Source: Thermoanaerobaculia bacterium (GTDB taxonomy: Bacteria; Acidobacteriota; Thermoanaerobaculia; UBA5066). Taken from it: a stretch of 64,000 nt of DNA. The number at the start of each line of letters is the position of its first letter. Positions within the stretch are counted from its first letter, which is position 1. This document shows, piece by piece, positions 1-12,124 of this stretch. Position numbers and translations under genes: made by a program. The notes under the pieces were generated by a model. It worked only from the letters and a program-made list of their open reading frames with translations. It was not told where the DNA came from and ran no database searches. Where the stretch lies: NCBI GenBank assembly GCA_038245905.1, contig JBBRRY010000001.1, positions 256,001 to 320,000 of the forward strand, in the 5' to 3' direction.

Positions 1-47
1 GACGCCTCGCGGTCGAGCTCCATGATGTAAGGGTCGATCAGCCTCAT
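1..47 (-). CDS. 5' fragment of a gene running off the window edge (MRLIDPYIMELDREA...), possibly DinB-like
   Basis: ATG at 47 overlaps the hbd stop (ATGA coupling); the frame is open to the edge; only 15 codons are visible. Confidence 0.4.
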   Translation of the reverse strand, partial: MRLIDPYIMELDREA

Positions 48-916
48 CTCCGGTTTCCTTTCTCGTCGTACTCGAAGAATCCCCGCCCGGTCTTCCTGCC
101 GTAGCGGCCCGCCAGCACCATTCGTTTGAGGAGCGGTGGCGGAGCGAACCGTGTTTCGCGGTACTCACCGAACATGATCTCCGCGATCGCATACACAGTG
201 TCGAGCCCGACATAGTCGAGCAGCTCGAACGGGCCCATGGGATGGGCGCAGCCCAGCTTCATTCCCGCGTCGATGTCCTCGAGCGAGCCGACGCCCTGCT
301 CGGCCGCGCGGATCGCGTCGAGAAGAAACGGCACGAGCAGCCGGTTCACGACGAAACCGGAGTTGTCACGGCAGGCAATCGGCGTTTTCCCGAGCGCGCG
401 CGCGAACTCCGTCACACGCGTGATCGTGTCGTCGGACGTTTCGATCGCCCGAACCACCTCCACGAGCTTCATGACGGGCACCGGGTTGAAAAAGTGCAAC
501 CCGGCGAAGCGGTCTGGCCGCTTCGTCCCCGCTGCCAGCTCCGCGATCGTGAGCGACGACGTGTTCGAGCAGAAGATGGCGTGAGGCGCGCACGACTTGT
601 CGAGCACCTCGAATACCTCGCGCTTGGCGCCGAGATTCTCGACGATTGCTTCGATGACGAGATCGGAGGAAGAGATTTCTGCTAAGGAGGAAGAGAAGAT
701 CAGACGCGAGAGGATCGCGGATTCGTCCTCTTCTCGCAGCTTGCCGCGTTCGATTGCCTTAGAAAGGGATTGCGTGATTCGCCTGCGCCCCTTCGCGAGC
801 AATTCGTCGGTGGGTTCGCGCACGACGACCGAGTACCCCGCCTTCGCGCACACCTCGGCGATTCCGGAACCCATCAGGCCGGCGCCCAGGACCCCAACCG
901 CACGGATTTCAACCAA
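44..916 (-). CDS. hbd: 3-hydroxybutyryl-CoA / 3-hydroxyacyl-CoA dehydrogenase
   Basis: GAGLMG Rossmann motif, SNTSS, GLHFFNPVP, GFVVNR, PMGPF; directly downstream of a thiolase. Confidence 0.92.
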   Translation of the reverse strand: MVEIRAVGVLGAGLMGSGIAEVCAKAGYSVVVREPTDELLAKGRRRITQSLSKAIERGKLREEDESAILSRLIFSSSLAEISSSDLVIEAIVENLGAKREVFEVLDKSCAPHAIFCSNTSSLTIAELAAGTKRPDRFAGLHFFNPVPVMKLVEVVRAIETSDDTITRVTEFARALGKTPIACRDNSGFVVNRLLVPFLLDAIRAAEQGVGSLEDIDAGMKLGCAHPMGPFELLDYVGLDTVYAIAEIMFGEYRETRFAPPPLLKRMVLAGRYGRKTGRGFFEYDEKGNRR

Positions 917-958
917 CGGCCAGTCCCTGCCTTTCCCTCTTAGCCATTCAAAGAAGTC
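674..958. repeat. Dispersed motif cluster A: minus-strand variants at 674-687 and 752-767, plus-strand copy at 944-958
   Basis: CCTTAGCAGAAATC(-), CCTTTCTAAGGCAATC(-), CCATTCAAAGAAGTC(+). Confidence 0.65.
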
Positions 959-992
959 TTCTTTTTCTCTTCGTGCTCTTCGAACATCACAT

Positions 993-2177
993 TCACGAGA
1001 GCGCCTCCACGACGAGCGCGATCCCCTGCCCGCCGCCGATGCAGGCCGACGCGATGCCCCAGCGCTTGCCCCGGCGGCGCAGCTCCTTGAGAAGCGTGAG
1101 CGTCAGCCGCGCGCCGCTCGCCCCGAGCGGATGCCCGAGGGCGATCGCGCCGCCGTTCACGTTCAGCTTCGAAGGGTTCACGCCGAGCTCTTTCACGACG
1201 CCGAGGATCTGCCCCGCGAACGCCTCGTTGATCTCGAAGAGGTCCATGTCCGAGAGCGACTTCCCCGCCTTCGCGAGCGCCGCACGGCAGGCCGAGACCG
1301 GTCCGAGGCCCATCTCGGCGGGATCGCAACCCGTGACCGCTTCGGACACGAGGCGCCCGAGCGGGACGATTCCCTTGGCACGGGCCCTCTCCTCCGTGGT
1401 GACGACCGCGGCCACGGCCCCGTCCACGATGCCCGACGCGTTCCCCGCCGTCACCATCCCGTCTTTCCCGAAGGCGGGCGACAGCCTCGCGAGCCCCTCC
1501 AGCGTCGAGTCCGGCGTCAGGTGGTCGTCTTCCGTCACGGAGACGGACTTCCGGCCCTTCTTCGCGTCGACCGGGACGATCTCCTCGGCGAGTCGTCCTT
1601 CCGCCCGGGCGGCGGCGGCCTTCTGCTGGCTTTCGAGGGCGAACGCATCCTGCTCCGCGCGCGAGATTCCAAGGCGGCGCGCGATGTTGTCCGAGGTCTG
1701 CGCCATGGCGACGCCCGGAACGGTGTCGAAGAGGCCGCTCATCAGCGAGTCCTCGAGCTTTCCCTGCCCGAGCCGGAGCCCGGTTCGCGCGCCGCGGATC
1801 ACGAACGGGGACTGACTCATGTTCTCGGTGCCGCCCGCGAGGACCGCGTCCGTCTCCCCGAGCAAAATGCGGTGCTTCGCCTGGATAATCGCCTCGAAGC
1901 CGGAACCGCAGAGGCGATTCACCGTGAGCGCGGGGACTTCCTTCGGCACTCCCGATCGGAGGCCGACGTGGCGGGCGAGATAGATCGCGTCGGGAGAGGT
2001 CTGAAGCACGTTACCGAAGATCACGTGCCCGATCTCCCCGGGTTCGAACCGCGCGCGCCGCAGGGCCTCGACGGAGGCGGCGACGGCGAGGTCGGTGGCG
2101 GTCATGTCCGCGAAAAGGCCGTTGTAATCGGCCATCGGCGTGCGGACTCCTTCGGCAAAGACGATTGCGATGGTCAT
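993..2177 (-). CDS. Acetyl-CoA C-acyltransferase (thiolase)
   Basis: NRLCGSG (catalytic Cys), NEAFA, GHPLGASG, ACIGGGQG. Confidence 0.95.
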   Translation of the reverse strand: MTIAIVFAEGVRTPMADYNGLFADMTATDLAVAASVEALRRARFEPGEIGHVIFGNVLQTSPDAIYLARHVGLRSGVPKEVPALTVNRLCGSGFEAIIQAKHRILLGETDAVLAGGTENMSQSPFVIRGARTGLRLGQGKLEDSLMSGLFDTVPGVAMAQTSDNIARRLGISRAEQDAFALESQQKAAAARAEGRLAEEIVPVDAKKGRKSVSVTEDDHLTPDSTLEGLARLSPAFGKDGMVTAGNASGIVDGAVAAVVTTEERARAKGIVPLGRLVSEAVTGCDPAEMGLGPVSACRAALAKAGKSLSDMDLFEINEAFAGQILGVVKELGVNPSKLNVNGGAIALGHPLGASGARLTLTLLKELRRRGKRWGIASACIGGGQGIALVVEALS

Positions 2178-2782
2178 GGCTTCTCCAGCGCTTCCTGCGC
2201 GCCCGTGAGGCGGGCCCGGAGCGGTTCGAGCGTCTTCATGTTCGCGCGGACGGAATCGGGCTCTCTCTGCTTCGACTCGCGGCGAATCCGCTCCGCCTCG
2301 GCCTCGAACTGCGCCGTCTGCTCGGCAAGAAGTTTCCGGGACCCCTCGTCCGCCGCGTCTCCCCGCCGGGCCTTCAGGTCGGCCAGAGTCTTCTCAAGGA
2401 AGGCCAGCGCCGACGCATTGAGCCGCGCTGTCATCGCGGCGGCGTCCGCTTCGAGCACGCGCTCTTTCACCCAGAGAAACTCCTCCACGTTCACGCCGCG
2501 GGCGCGGGCGGCGGCCACGTCGGCGGGCACCGTCGTGAGCGGATCGCCCGACGGAGTGGGCCGGACGCCGCGGAGGTCCAGACGCACACGATCCAGGATC
2601 GACAGGTAGTTCTCTACCTGCGCCGCAGTCACCCGTCCATCGGCCGGAGGCCGGTACACGTCGCGCGTTTCGGCCCGGGAGAGCGGCGCGCTCGTGGGAA
2701 TCCCCGGTCCGGCGTCCTTCGGGCCGCAGCCCGCGCAAACGGTCGCGAGGACCGCCACGACCCTGAAGAGGCGGTACCGCAT
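2174..2782 (-). CDS. Hypothetical lipoprotein
   Basis: Signal peptide with lipobox-like CAGC; stop overlaps the thiolase start; TATCAT lies 6 nt upstream of the ATG. Confidence 0.7.
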   Translation of the reverse strand: MRYRLFRVVAVLATVCAGCGPKDAGPGIPTSAPLSRAETRDVYRPPADGRVTAAQVENYLSILDRVRLDLRGVRPTPSGDPLTTVPADVAAARARGVNVEEFLWVKERVLEADAAAMTARLNASALAFLEKTLADLKARRGDAADEGSRKLLAEQTAQFEAEAERIRRESKQREPDSVRANMKTLEPLRARLTGAQEALEKP

Positions 2783-2820
2783 CCCCGAATGATAGCCGCG
2801 TGGTACGATTTTTTGGTTCC

Positions 2821-4587
2821 ATGCTGACGCAGGTCGGGAAGTACCAGATCGTCGAGAAGATCGGCGTGGGCGGGTTTGGCACCGTCTACAAGGGGCGGGA
2901 TCCGTTCATCAAGCGAAACGTCGCGATCAAGACCTGCCAGAGCGAGGAAGAGGAAATCAAGAAGCGCTTCTTTCGCGAAGCCGAGTTCGCCGGAAACCTC
3001 CATCACCGCAACATCACGACGATCTACGACTTCGGCGTCACCGACGACGGCACGCCCTACATCGTCCAGGAGTTCCTGACCGGCGACGACCTCGACAAGG
3101 CGATCAAGCAGAAGGAGCCGCTCACGCTCGCGCGGAAGCTCCAGATCCTCGTCGACGTGTGCGAGGGCCTCGGCTACGCGCATGCGGCCGGCATCATCCA
3201 CCGCGACATCAAGCCGTCGAACATCAGGATCCTCGAGGACGGCACCGTCAAGATCATGGATTTCGGCATCGCGAAGTCCATGGTCTCGCAGTCGACGCTC
3301 ACGCAAACCGGCATCACGCTGGGCACGGCATCCTACCTGGCACCGGAGCAGATCCGCGGCGAGGATCTCGACCGGCGAACGGACATTTTCTCCCTTGGCG
3401 TGCTCGCCTACGAGATCGTGACCGGGCAGAAGCCGTTCACGGGCGACCACATTTCCACGGTCCTCTACAAGATCATGAACGAGACGCCAGCGCCGCCGAG
3501 CTCGCTCGACCCGGCGCTGCCCCGCGGTCTCGACGCCATGGTCCTCAAGGCTCTCGAAAAGGACCGAACGAAGCGCTTCGCCTCCTGCAACGAGTTGCGC
3601 GCCGAATGCCTGACGCTTCTCCAGACCGTCCCGGACGTGCCGGCATTCCAGATGCCGCCGGAAAACGACATGGACAAGACGCTCGCGACGCCCTCCGCCG
3701 GATTTCCGGTGTCGACCTCGGTTTCGCTCGGCACGACTCCGACGGCCAGGTCCTCCCGCGTCCTCGACACGCCCCTCGGTCCGTCCGCGACCGCACGGGC
3801 AACCGCCGGAGGCCTCGCGGACGTCCACCTCCGCAAGGACACCGGTTCGGCGGACCATCGAACCTCGCGCGAAGAGGGCGGATCGGCTCTGAAGGTGTTC
3901 CTTGCGGCGATCGTGCTCGTGGTGGTGGCAGGGGGCACCTGGTTCGTCGCCCAGAACAGGCGCTCCGGAGCCCCCGTGACACCCACTCCCATTCCGCCGC
4001 CGCGGGCCTCGACGACGAGCGCCGAACCGGCCATGGTTCCTCCCGCGACGGCGGCTCCCGGGTCAGCGGGCCCGGCCGTCTCGGCCGAGCCCGCTCCCCC
4101 GCCGCCAGCCGAGCCGACGGCCGCGCCTGTCAAGGTCAAGGAAGTCGCCACGTCGGCGCCGATCACGTTCAAGTCGAACATCTACGCCGAGCTTTCGATC
4201 AACGGGAAGCGCCAAAGCGCGAACCTTCCGAGAGCGACCACCGTCACGCTCAAGCCCGGGCGGTATTCCGCCCTTTTCGACGCGCCGGGGTTCATGAAGA
4301 TCCCGAAGGAATTCGAGGTCGCGGCCGAGCCGAAGGCGCTCACCATCTTCGCCGAGTTCCCCGGGCGCGGCCTCGTGACCATGACCGTTCTTCCCGTCGG
4401 GGCCGAGATCCGCGTGGACGGCCTCCTGATCGGGAAGTCGAAGGGCGGAGAAGTGGAGAGGACTCTTCGTTCAGGCCAGCACGAGATCAGCGTGAGCCTA
4501 GCCGGCTACAGGACGTTCACGAGGACGGTCGACCTCGAGGACGGGGTCAAGTTCGCGATCCCCCGTATCGAGTTGAAGAAGGAATAG
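2821..4587 (+). CDS. Membrane Ser/Thr (Hanks) protein kinase with C-terminal PEGA-like domains
   Basis: GVGGFG, VAIK, HRDIKPSN, DFG, APE; TM helix, Pro/Ala linker, PEGA-like PVGAEIRVDG...GYRTF. Confidence 0.9.
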   Translation: MLTQVGKYQIVEKIGVGGFGTVYKGRDPFIKRNVAIKTCQSEEEEIKKRFFREAEFAGNLHHRNITTIYDFGVTDDGTPYIVQEFLTGDDLDKAIKQKEPLTLARKLQILVDVCEGLGYAHAAGIIHRDIKPSNIRILEDGTVKIMDFGIAKSMVSQSTLTQTGITLGTASYLAPEQIRGEDLDRRTDIFSLGVLAYEIVTGQKPFTGDHISTVLYKIMNETPAPPSSLDPALPRGLDAMVLKALEKDRTKRFASCNELRAECLTLLQTVPDVPAFQMPPENDMDKTLATPSAGFPVSTSVSLGTTPTARSSRVLDTPLGPSATARATAGGLADVHLRKDTGSADHRTSREEGGSALKVFLAAIVLVVVAGGTWFVAQNRRSGAPVTPTPIPPPRASTTSAEPAMVPPATAAPGSAGPAVSAEPAPPPPAEPTAAPVKVKEVATSAPITFKSNIYAELSINGKRQSANLPRATTVTLKPGRYSALFDAPGFMKIPKEFEVAAEPKALTIFAEFPGRGLVTMTVLPVGAEIRVDGLLIGKSKGGEVERTLRSGQHEISVSLAGYRTFTRTVDLEDGVKFAIPRIELKKE

Positions 4588-4600
4588 CTAGAATCGCGCC

Positions 4601-6304
4601 GTGAAACGCGCGCTCTCCCTCGTCGTCCTCGTCGCCGCGGTTCTCGCCTTTGCCGGGGCTGCCGTCGCGCAGGAAGGCTCCGAGTCCCTGGAGAAGGAAG
4701 CCCGCAAGGCCGTCAACGCCGGCCAGTTCCGCAAGGCGGCGCTCAAGTTCGAGAGCGCCGCGTCCGCGGCGAGCGATCCGCAGCGACGTTCGCGCATGCT
4801 CGTGCAGACCGGCTGGGCCCACTTCAACGACGGAAAGAAGTCCGACGCGCAGGATGCCTTGAGGCGCGCGTTCACGGGAAGCCCCGACCTCGAAATCGTC
4901 GCGGACTTTTTTTCGCCTGACTTCGTGAAGCTCGCCGGCGAGGTCCGCAGCTCGGCCGTCGCGGCGATGCCACCACCCGCGGCCGACATCGGAGAATTGA
5001 AGCGCGTCGCGAAGGAGAAGCTCGCGGACGGCAACACCGAAGACGTCATCCACGACCTCCTCTACAACGTGCCGCGCGAGAAGCTCGATGCCGAGGCAAT
5101 CGATCTCCTCGCCCAGGCGTACGAGAAGCAGGGCAAATTCACGGAGGCAGCCCGCGTGCGGGCCACGGGCGCCGAGACCCAAAAGGGCGGGGCCTCGTCC
5201 CCCTCGGCGTCCGCGTCATCGCCGGTCGCTCCCGCGTCTCCCGCCGCTCCCGTCTCTCCTGTCGCTTCCGTGGCCGCAAAGGCCGGTCCGACTCCGGCCG
5301 ACTACCTGGCTCTCGGCCGCGCGGCATTCGCGCGCGGCGACGCCCTGAACGCGCAGTCGGCCGCAAACCGGATTCTCGAGATCGATCCGCAGTCGAGCGA
5401 CGCCTACCGCCTCCTGGGAAACGCCTACACGCTGCGGGGCGAGAAGGCCATCGCGAAAGCGAATCTCGAGCAATCGCTCTTGAAGAACGAGAAGAACGAG
5501 GGAACGCTCCTCGACCTCTACGAGCTTTCGATGGGCGACAAGAACTGGGATGGCGCGCTGGACGCGCTCCGGCGGGCGACCGAGGTGAATCCCGAGAACG
5601 GAGCGAAGCTCGTGGCCCTCGGGCGCAAGGCCCGCGCGGAAAGCGACCTCGTCCTCGCGCGACAGGTCTTCGCGACGGCTGCCGCGGCAACGCCGAAGGA
5701 CGTCTCCGTCCTGACGGAGTACGCGAGCATTCTCCTCCAGGCGAAGGACCTCGACGCCGCCCTCGAGCCCCTCATGAAGGCGGCGGCCGTCGAGCCGGAC
5801 CGCGAGATCGTGCGTGCGAACCTCGCGTCGACGCTCCGCCGCAAGGGCCTCTGGAAGGATGCGGAGAAGGAGTACCGCGAGGCGATCCGGGCGGATCCCA
5901 ACTACGCCCCCGCCCTGCGTGGTCTCGGGACTCTCCTCCTCGAGCTCGGACAGACCACTCAGGCGATCGAGCCGCTCAAGAAGGCCGTACTTCGCGACCC
6001 CACGAACGTCGAGAGCGCGTGGGCGCTCGCGCGCGCGCAGCGCCAAACGGGCGCGCTGAAGGATGCCGCCGAGAGTCTCGCCGCCTCTGCCGCCCTCGAC
6101 AAGGCGCCACTCGACGACGAGGCCGGGACCGTCGCCTACGAGCGCGGGCGTTACGAGGAGGCCGTCGGGTTCTTCGACCGCGCGCTCGCGAAGGAGCCAG
6201 CCTCCCCCGTTTTCAAGGCGAACCGCGACCGTGCGGCGGCGGCCGCGCGCTTCATGGCGTCCGTGTCTGTCTCGACGCCGGCGCCGGCGTCTGTCCCGCG
6301 CTGA
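4601..6304 (+). CDS. Secreted tetratricopeptide-repeat protein
   Basis: Signal peptide followed by multiple TPR-like helical repeats (e.g. AYRLLGNAY, ALRGLGTLL). Confidence 0.85.
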   Translation: MKRALSLVVLVAAVLAFAGAAVAQEGSESLEKEARKAVNAGQFRKAALKFESAASAASDPQRRSRMLVQTGWAHFNDGKKSDAQDALRRAFTGSPDLEIVADFFSPDFVKLAGEVRSSAVAAMPPPAADIGELKRVAKEKLADGNTEDVIHDLLYNVPREKLDAEAIDLLAQAYEKQGKFTEAARVRATGAETQKGGASSPSASASSPVAPASPAAPVSPVASVAAKAGPTPADYLALGRAAFARGDALNAQSAANRILEIDPQSSDAYRLLGNAYTLRGEKAIAKANLEQSLLKNEKNEGTLLDLYELSMGDKNWDGALDALRRATEVNPENGAKLVALGRKARAESDLVLARQVFATAAAATPKDVSVLTEYASILLQAKDLDAALEPLMKAAAVEPDREIVRANLASTLRRKGLWKDAEKEYREAIRADPNYAPALRGLGTLLLELGQTTQAIEPLKKAVLRDPTNVESAWALARAQRQTGALKDAAESLAASAALDKAPLDDEAGTVAYERGRYEEAVGFFDRALAKEPASPVFKANRDRAAAAARFMASVSVSTPAPASVPR

Positions 6305-6314
6305 GCCGACTTGA

Positions 6315-6940
6315 CTAGGGCCCGCCCGGTTCCCCGCTCATCACCGTCAGGAAATCCGCGAGGATGCGCGCCGTCGCGCCCCAGATCGCGTGGCCCTTGG
6401 TGTGGTAGACGAGCGTCATCACGTCCTTGCCCTTCCACTTCACCGGACGCTCTTCGACCATCATGGGATCGAGCAGGCTCGAGAGCGGCACCTCGATGAT
6501 CTCCTCGACCTCGCCCGCCTGCGGCGCGAACGTGATCGGATACGGGATCGCCCCAACGAACGGCGCGACCTCGAACTCGGTGACCGTGACGAGCCGCGGC
6601 AGCGCTCCCAGAATCCTCACGACCTTTCGAGGGACCCCGATCTCTTCCTCGGTCTCCCGAACCGCCGTCTCCCAGAGGTTCGCATCGGCCGCGAGCTTGC
6701 CGCCTCCCGGGAACGAGATCTGGCCCTTGTGATGCTCGACCAGATCCGTCCGTTTCGTGAAGAGCGTCCAGAGCGCCTTCTCGCGAACATAGAGCGGGAT
6801 CAGGACGGCCGCCGGGCGCAGCGCCACCGGCCCTTCGCCCTCCAGCCGCTCCGGCACGAGCGGCCGCTCCGGCCAGCTTCGTGCGAAACGCTGCCGGAGG
6901 TCCTCCATCCAGGGGCTGTAGGCCCCTTCTTTCAGCTCCG

Positions 6941-6944
<4 letters not shown>
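6315..6944 (-). CDS. Nudix CoA pyrophosphatase (NudL/PCD1-like)
   Basis: AAVLIPL, HKGQISFPGG, Nudix box AVRETEEEIG, IWGATARIL. Confidence 0.9.
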
Positions 6945-8086
<1,142 letters not shown>

Positions 8087-8090
<4 letters not shown>

Positions 8091-9649
8091 GTGGGACTTC
8101 CTCCAGGGCGTTTCCGGGGTTCGAGAACCCGCGCATGGAGGATACCGGCCAGAAGCCCTGCCGCGCAAACCCAGAGGGCGGCATCTCCCGCGGCGACGGC
8201 CGGCGGCGGCGGCCCGGGCCGGAAGACTGGCGCCGAGAACGCGCCCTTGCGTCCCGCGGACAGCGTCACGAGCGCGCGGCCGTCGGGGCCGACCGCGCCG
8301 CTGATCCCGGTGATGGCCGCACGCACGAGCGGCCTTCCCGTCTCGACGGCGCGCAAGACGGCGGCCTGCCAGTGCTGGCGCTGCGCGCCCGCGCGCCCGT
8401 ACCACGCGTCGTTCGTGAGCGTGAAGAGAACGTCGGCTCCCGCCCGCGTCTCGGCACGCGCGATCCACGGGTAGACGACCTCGTAGCAGACGGCGCCACC
8501 GAGCTTCCAGTCGCCGAGCGTGAGGAGGACCGTACCCGCACCCGGCGTGAACCCGCCCGGCACCGCGCGGCTGATCGGCCTGATCCTCCGCAGGACCGGT
8601 GCCAGCGGCACGTACTCGCCGAAGGGGACGAGGCGCTGCTTGAAGTACGGCGGGAGGATCGGCCCGGCCTTCGTGACGAGGAGCGCCGCATTGTAGTAAG
8701 GCGCGTCCTCGGACCACGGGGCGTCGGACCAGGCCGTGCTCACGAGGATCGCGACATCCAGCTCACGGCAGAGCTCGATGACGCGCTCGCGATAGGGCGG
8801 GTTGAAAGACCACGAATAGGGCGACGCGCTCTCGGGCCAGAGGATGAGGACGGGCCGGTCTGCACGGCAGAGGGCCCGCGTCTGGTCCTCGAGATCGCGC
8901 TGGATGCGCTCGGCCGTCCCCCTGTCCCACCGGATGTCCTGCTCGACGTTCGGCTGAACGACCCCGACCTTCAGGACCTCACGCGACTCGGGCGTGCGCC
9001 GCGGTCCGGCGGCGCCCGCCGCGAGCGCACACACACACGCCCCGGCGAGCCAGCTGAGGCGCGCGTTGCGCGTCGCGCGCGTCAGCGCGACGAAAAGCGC
9101 CGCGTTGAGCGCCGCGAGGAGAAAGGATGTGAGGAGGACGCCGCCAAGCGCGGCCGTTCCGAGGAGGGCAGGGACGTCCGCGAGCGGGTTCGCGAGGAGA
9201 TTCCACGGAAAGCCGCCGAAGATGAACACGTACGTCCGCGAGGACTCCTGGGCGACCCACGCGGCACCGAACGTCGCCACGACGCCGGGACCCGAGCGCG
9301 GAGCGACGACCGCGTAGAGCGATGCCATGAGGCCGAACGGGATCGCCATGAGGCCCGCCGAGATCGCGAGGGCGAGGCCCGCGAGCGGCCACCCGACGCC
9401 GCCGAAGCGGTGAACCGTGTAGGCGATCCACGGGATCGTGACGAGCCAGAACGCGCAACCGAAGACGAAGCCAGGGAGGAAGGCCCGCCGCCACGTCAGC
9501 CCGTCGAGCGCGAAGAGCAGCGGAATCAGGGCGATCGGGAGGAGCGGCAGGATCGAGAAGCTCGGAAAGCACAGCGCCAGGAGGACTCCGCCGCAGCAGG
9601 CCCAGAGCAATCGGGGGATTTTCTTAGAAGGTAGGAGAGCCAGCAACAT
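8087..9649 (-). CDS. lnt: Apolipoprotein N-acyltransferase
   Basis: Multiple TM helices, GGFPW, VQPNV, WPES, KQRLVPFGEY, VCYE, TNDAWYG. Confidence 0.95.
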
Positions 9650-9666
9650 TCACCTTCGAAGAAGCC
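9617..9666. repeat. Dispersed motif cluster B (divergent pair)
   Basis: ACCTTCTAAGAAAATC(-) 9617-9632 and ACCTTCGAAGAAGCC(+) 9652-9666. Confidence 0.75.
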
Positions 9667-9733
9667 GGGCCTCGGCCCCCGAGCGAGAGATGACGTACCT
9701 CCGCGTGTCCTCCGGCGGCAGACGAAAGCAAAA

Positions 9734-10633
9734 TCAATCTCTCTTCGGCGCGAACTCTTCCGCCCGGTAGCTCGAGCGCACGAAGGGTCCCGAGAACACC
9801 GCCTGAAATCCCATCTCCATCCCCCGCTCTTGAAGCTTCACGAAGCGATCGGGCGTCGCGTATTCCACGACCGCCAGGTTCCACGCGGACGGGCGGAGGT
9901 ACTGCCCCACGGTCACGACGCCGACGCCGGCCGCATGCAGCGCGCGGAAGACATCGAGCACCTCGTCGTCGCGCTCGCCGAGGCCCAGCATGAGCCCTGA
10001 TTTCGTCGTCATCGCGGGATGCCGTTCCTTCACGCGGGTGAGAAGGTCTACCGATCTCCGAAATACGGACTTCGGGCGAACGGCGTCATAGAGGCGGGGA
10101 ACGGTCTCCACGTTGTGGTTGTAGACGTCGGGGCCGGAGTCGGCCACACGGTCGATCTGGTCTGCGACGCCCTGGAAGTCGGGCGTCAGCGCCTCGACCG
10201 TGCGTGCGCCATCGTCTTCCTTCAGCGCCTGGACGACGGCCGCCCAGTGCGCCGAGCCTCCATCCGGGAGGTCGTCGCGGTCGACGGACGTGACGACGAC
10301 GTGCCGGATTCCCATCTCGTCGGCGGCCCGGACGAGCCGCGCGGGTTCCTCCGGGTCGAGCGAAGCGGGCCGTCCGGACGTGATGTGGCAAAAACCGCAG
10401 GCACGGGTGCAGACATCGCCCGCGATGAGAAACGTGGCTGTCTTCCTCTCGAAGCACTCCGTCCGGTTCGGGCAACGCGCCTCCTCGCAGACCGTCGAGA
10501 GACTGCCGCGCCGCATGCGCGACTTCATCTCGTGCAGGTCGTGGAGGCGAAGCTTCTTCTCCTGAATCCACGGGGGCAGGCCGGGCTCGCCGCGGACCGG
10601 GAGAGCACGGAGCCGAGGGATCAAGGGGATCAA
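9734..10633 (-). CDS. lipA: Lipoyl synthase
   Basis: CEEARCPNRTEC auxiliary cluster motif, CTRACGFC radical SAM motif, C-terminal RSSY. Confidence 0.96.
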   Translation of the reverse strand: MIPLIPRLRALPVRGEPGLPPWIQEKKLRLHDLHEMKSRMRRGSLSTVCEEARCPNRTECFERKTATFLIAGDVCTRACGFCHITSGRPASLDPEEPARLVRAADEMGIRHVVVTSVDRDDLPDGGSAHWAAVVQALKEDDGARTVEALTPDFQGVADQIDRVADSGPDVYNHNVETVPRLYDAVRPKSVFRRSVDLLTRVKERHPAMTTKSGLMLGLGERDDEVLDVFRALHAAGVGVVTVGQYLRPSAWNLAVVEYATPDRFVKLQERGMEMGFQAVFSGPFVRSSYRAEEFAPKRD

Positions 10634-11355
10634 GGAACCACCAGGGGTGTGTTCTTGATCAGCTTGTCGGTCGTCTTGATCTTCTTCGCGGTCGCTTCCG
10701 CCTTGGCGCGGTCCTTGAACGGACCCACGCGCACTCGGAACCAGCCGTCTTTTCCGGGTACGGCCGAGACGTCGGCCGTGAAGCCTTCGTTCTGGAGACG
10801 CTTCCGGAGCTCGTCCGCGGCAGGCGCCTTCTTCGTCGCGAGCACCTGTACGTAGAACGGGCCCAGCGGGCGCTTCGTCGCGGCCTTCGCCGCGGGTGCC
10901 TCCTTCGGTGGGGGTTCCTTCTGATGCGCGGGCGGGGCGGCCGTCGGGACGGGAGGCTGCGGGGTGGGAGCCGATGTCGGCACGGGCGCCGGCGTCGCCG
11001 CGGCGGCAGCTTCCTTCAGCGCCGCTCGCTTCTCGGCCGCGAAGCCGAGTGCTTCTTCGGCCGGCCTCTCGGCCGAGATCCCGGCCCTCCGGGTGTCGCG
11101 GGAGCCGTCCGACGGGGCGAGCGTCGGCACCGGCAGGTCCGAAGCGTTCACGAGCGTCGCGACCGCGCCCGGACCCTTCCGCGCCACGGCGCCTGTCTTC
11201 ATCCCGAAAAAGAAAGCCAGGGCGAGCGCGAGGAGAAGAAGCAGGAAGAAGAGTCCCGCCTGCCGGCCCGTGACCGAAATCTGGTAGTGGACGGGCGGCC
11301 TCGCCGGACGGTCCGACCGGTCGTCCGGCCCGTCCGAAAGCCCAAGCGCGGTCAT
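10630..11355 (-). CDS. SPOR-domain membrane-anchored cell division protein (DedD/FtsN-like)
   Basis: N-terminal TM helix, Pro/Ala linker, FYVQV...[13 protein letters not shown] pattern. Confidence 0.85.
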   Translation of the reverse strand: MTALGLSDGPDDRSDRPARPPVHYQISVTGRQAGLFFLLLLLALALAFFFGMKTGAVARKGPGAVATLVNASDLPVPTLAPSDGSRDTRRAGISAERPAEEALGFAAEKRAALKEAAAAATPAPVPTSAPTPQPPVPTAAPPAHQKEPPPKEAPAAKAATKRPLGPFYVQVLATKKAPAADELRKRLQNEGFTADVSAVPGKDGWFRVRVGPFKDRAKAEATAKKIKTTDKLIKNTPLVVP

Positions 11356-12116
11356 CCCTGCTTCTCGCCCTTCTTGAGGAACGCCGAGATCAGGTCCATC
11401 GGCAGCGGGAAGATGATCGTCGAGTTCTTCTCGGTCGCGATCTCCGTCAGGGTCTGCAAGTACCGAAGCTGCAGGGTCGCGGGCTCACGCCCGATGATCG
11501 CCGCCGCCTCGGAAAGCTGTTTCGAGGCCTCGAACTCGCCAGAGGCGTGGATGATCTTCGCGCGCTTTTCGCGCTCGGCTTCGGCCTGCTTGGCCATCGC
11601 GCGCTGCATCTCGATCGGGAGGTCGACGCCCTTCAGCTCCACCATCGAGACCTTGATGCCCCAGGGATCCGTGTGCTTGTCGAGGATCTCCTGCAGGTTT
11701 TCGTTCAGCTTGTCGCGCGACGAGAGCAGCTCGTCGAGCGTGGCCTGGCCCAGCACCGAGCGCAGCGTGGTCTGGGAGAGCTGCGACGTGGCATATAGGT
11801 AGTTCTCCACCTTCACGACCGCCTTCGACGGATCCATGACGTGGAAATAGACGACGGCATTCACCTTCACCGACACGTTGTCGCGCGTGATGACGTCTTG
11901 AGGCGGGACATCGAGAACCACGGTCCGCAGCGAGATGCGCACCATCGTCTCGAACGGCCAGAAGATGAGCGTCAGCCCGGGGCCCTTCGGGGCCGGCGAG
12001 AGACGGCCCAGCCAGAAAGTCACCGCTCGCTCGTATTCATTCAGGACGTTGATCCACTTCGAGAGAAAGATCAGTGCGACGAAGAGAACCGGGACGAGGA
12101 GCGACAGATTCGACAT
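11352..12116 (-). CDS. SPFH / stomatin-like (slipin) protein
   Basis: [47 protein letters not shown]. Confidence 0.95.
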   Translation of the reverse strand: MSNLSLLVPVLFVALIFLSKWINVLNEYERAVTFWLGRLSPAPKGPGLTLIFWPFETMVRISLRTVVLDVPPQDVITRDNVSVKVNAVVYFHVMDPSKAVVKVENYLYATSQLSQTTLRSVLGQATLDELLSSRDKLNENLQEILDKHTDPWGIKVSMVELKGVDLPIEMQRAMAKQAEAEREKRAKIIHASGEFEASKQLSEAAAIIGREPATLQLRYLQTLTEIATEKNSTIIFPLPMDLISAFLKKGEKQG

Positions 12117-12124
12117 GAGTCTCC

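Noticed and set aside
3985-4135. Pro/Ala-rich repetitive stretches (also about 5190-5290 and 10890-11040)
   Set aside because: Ordinary low-complexity protein linkers, not DNA repeats.
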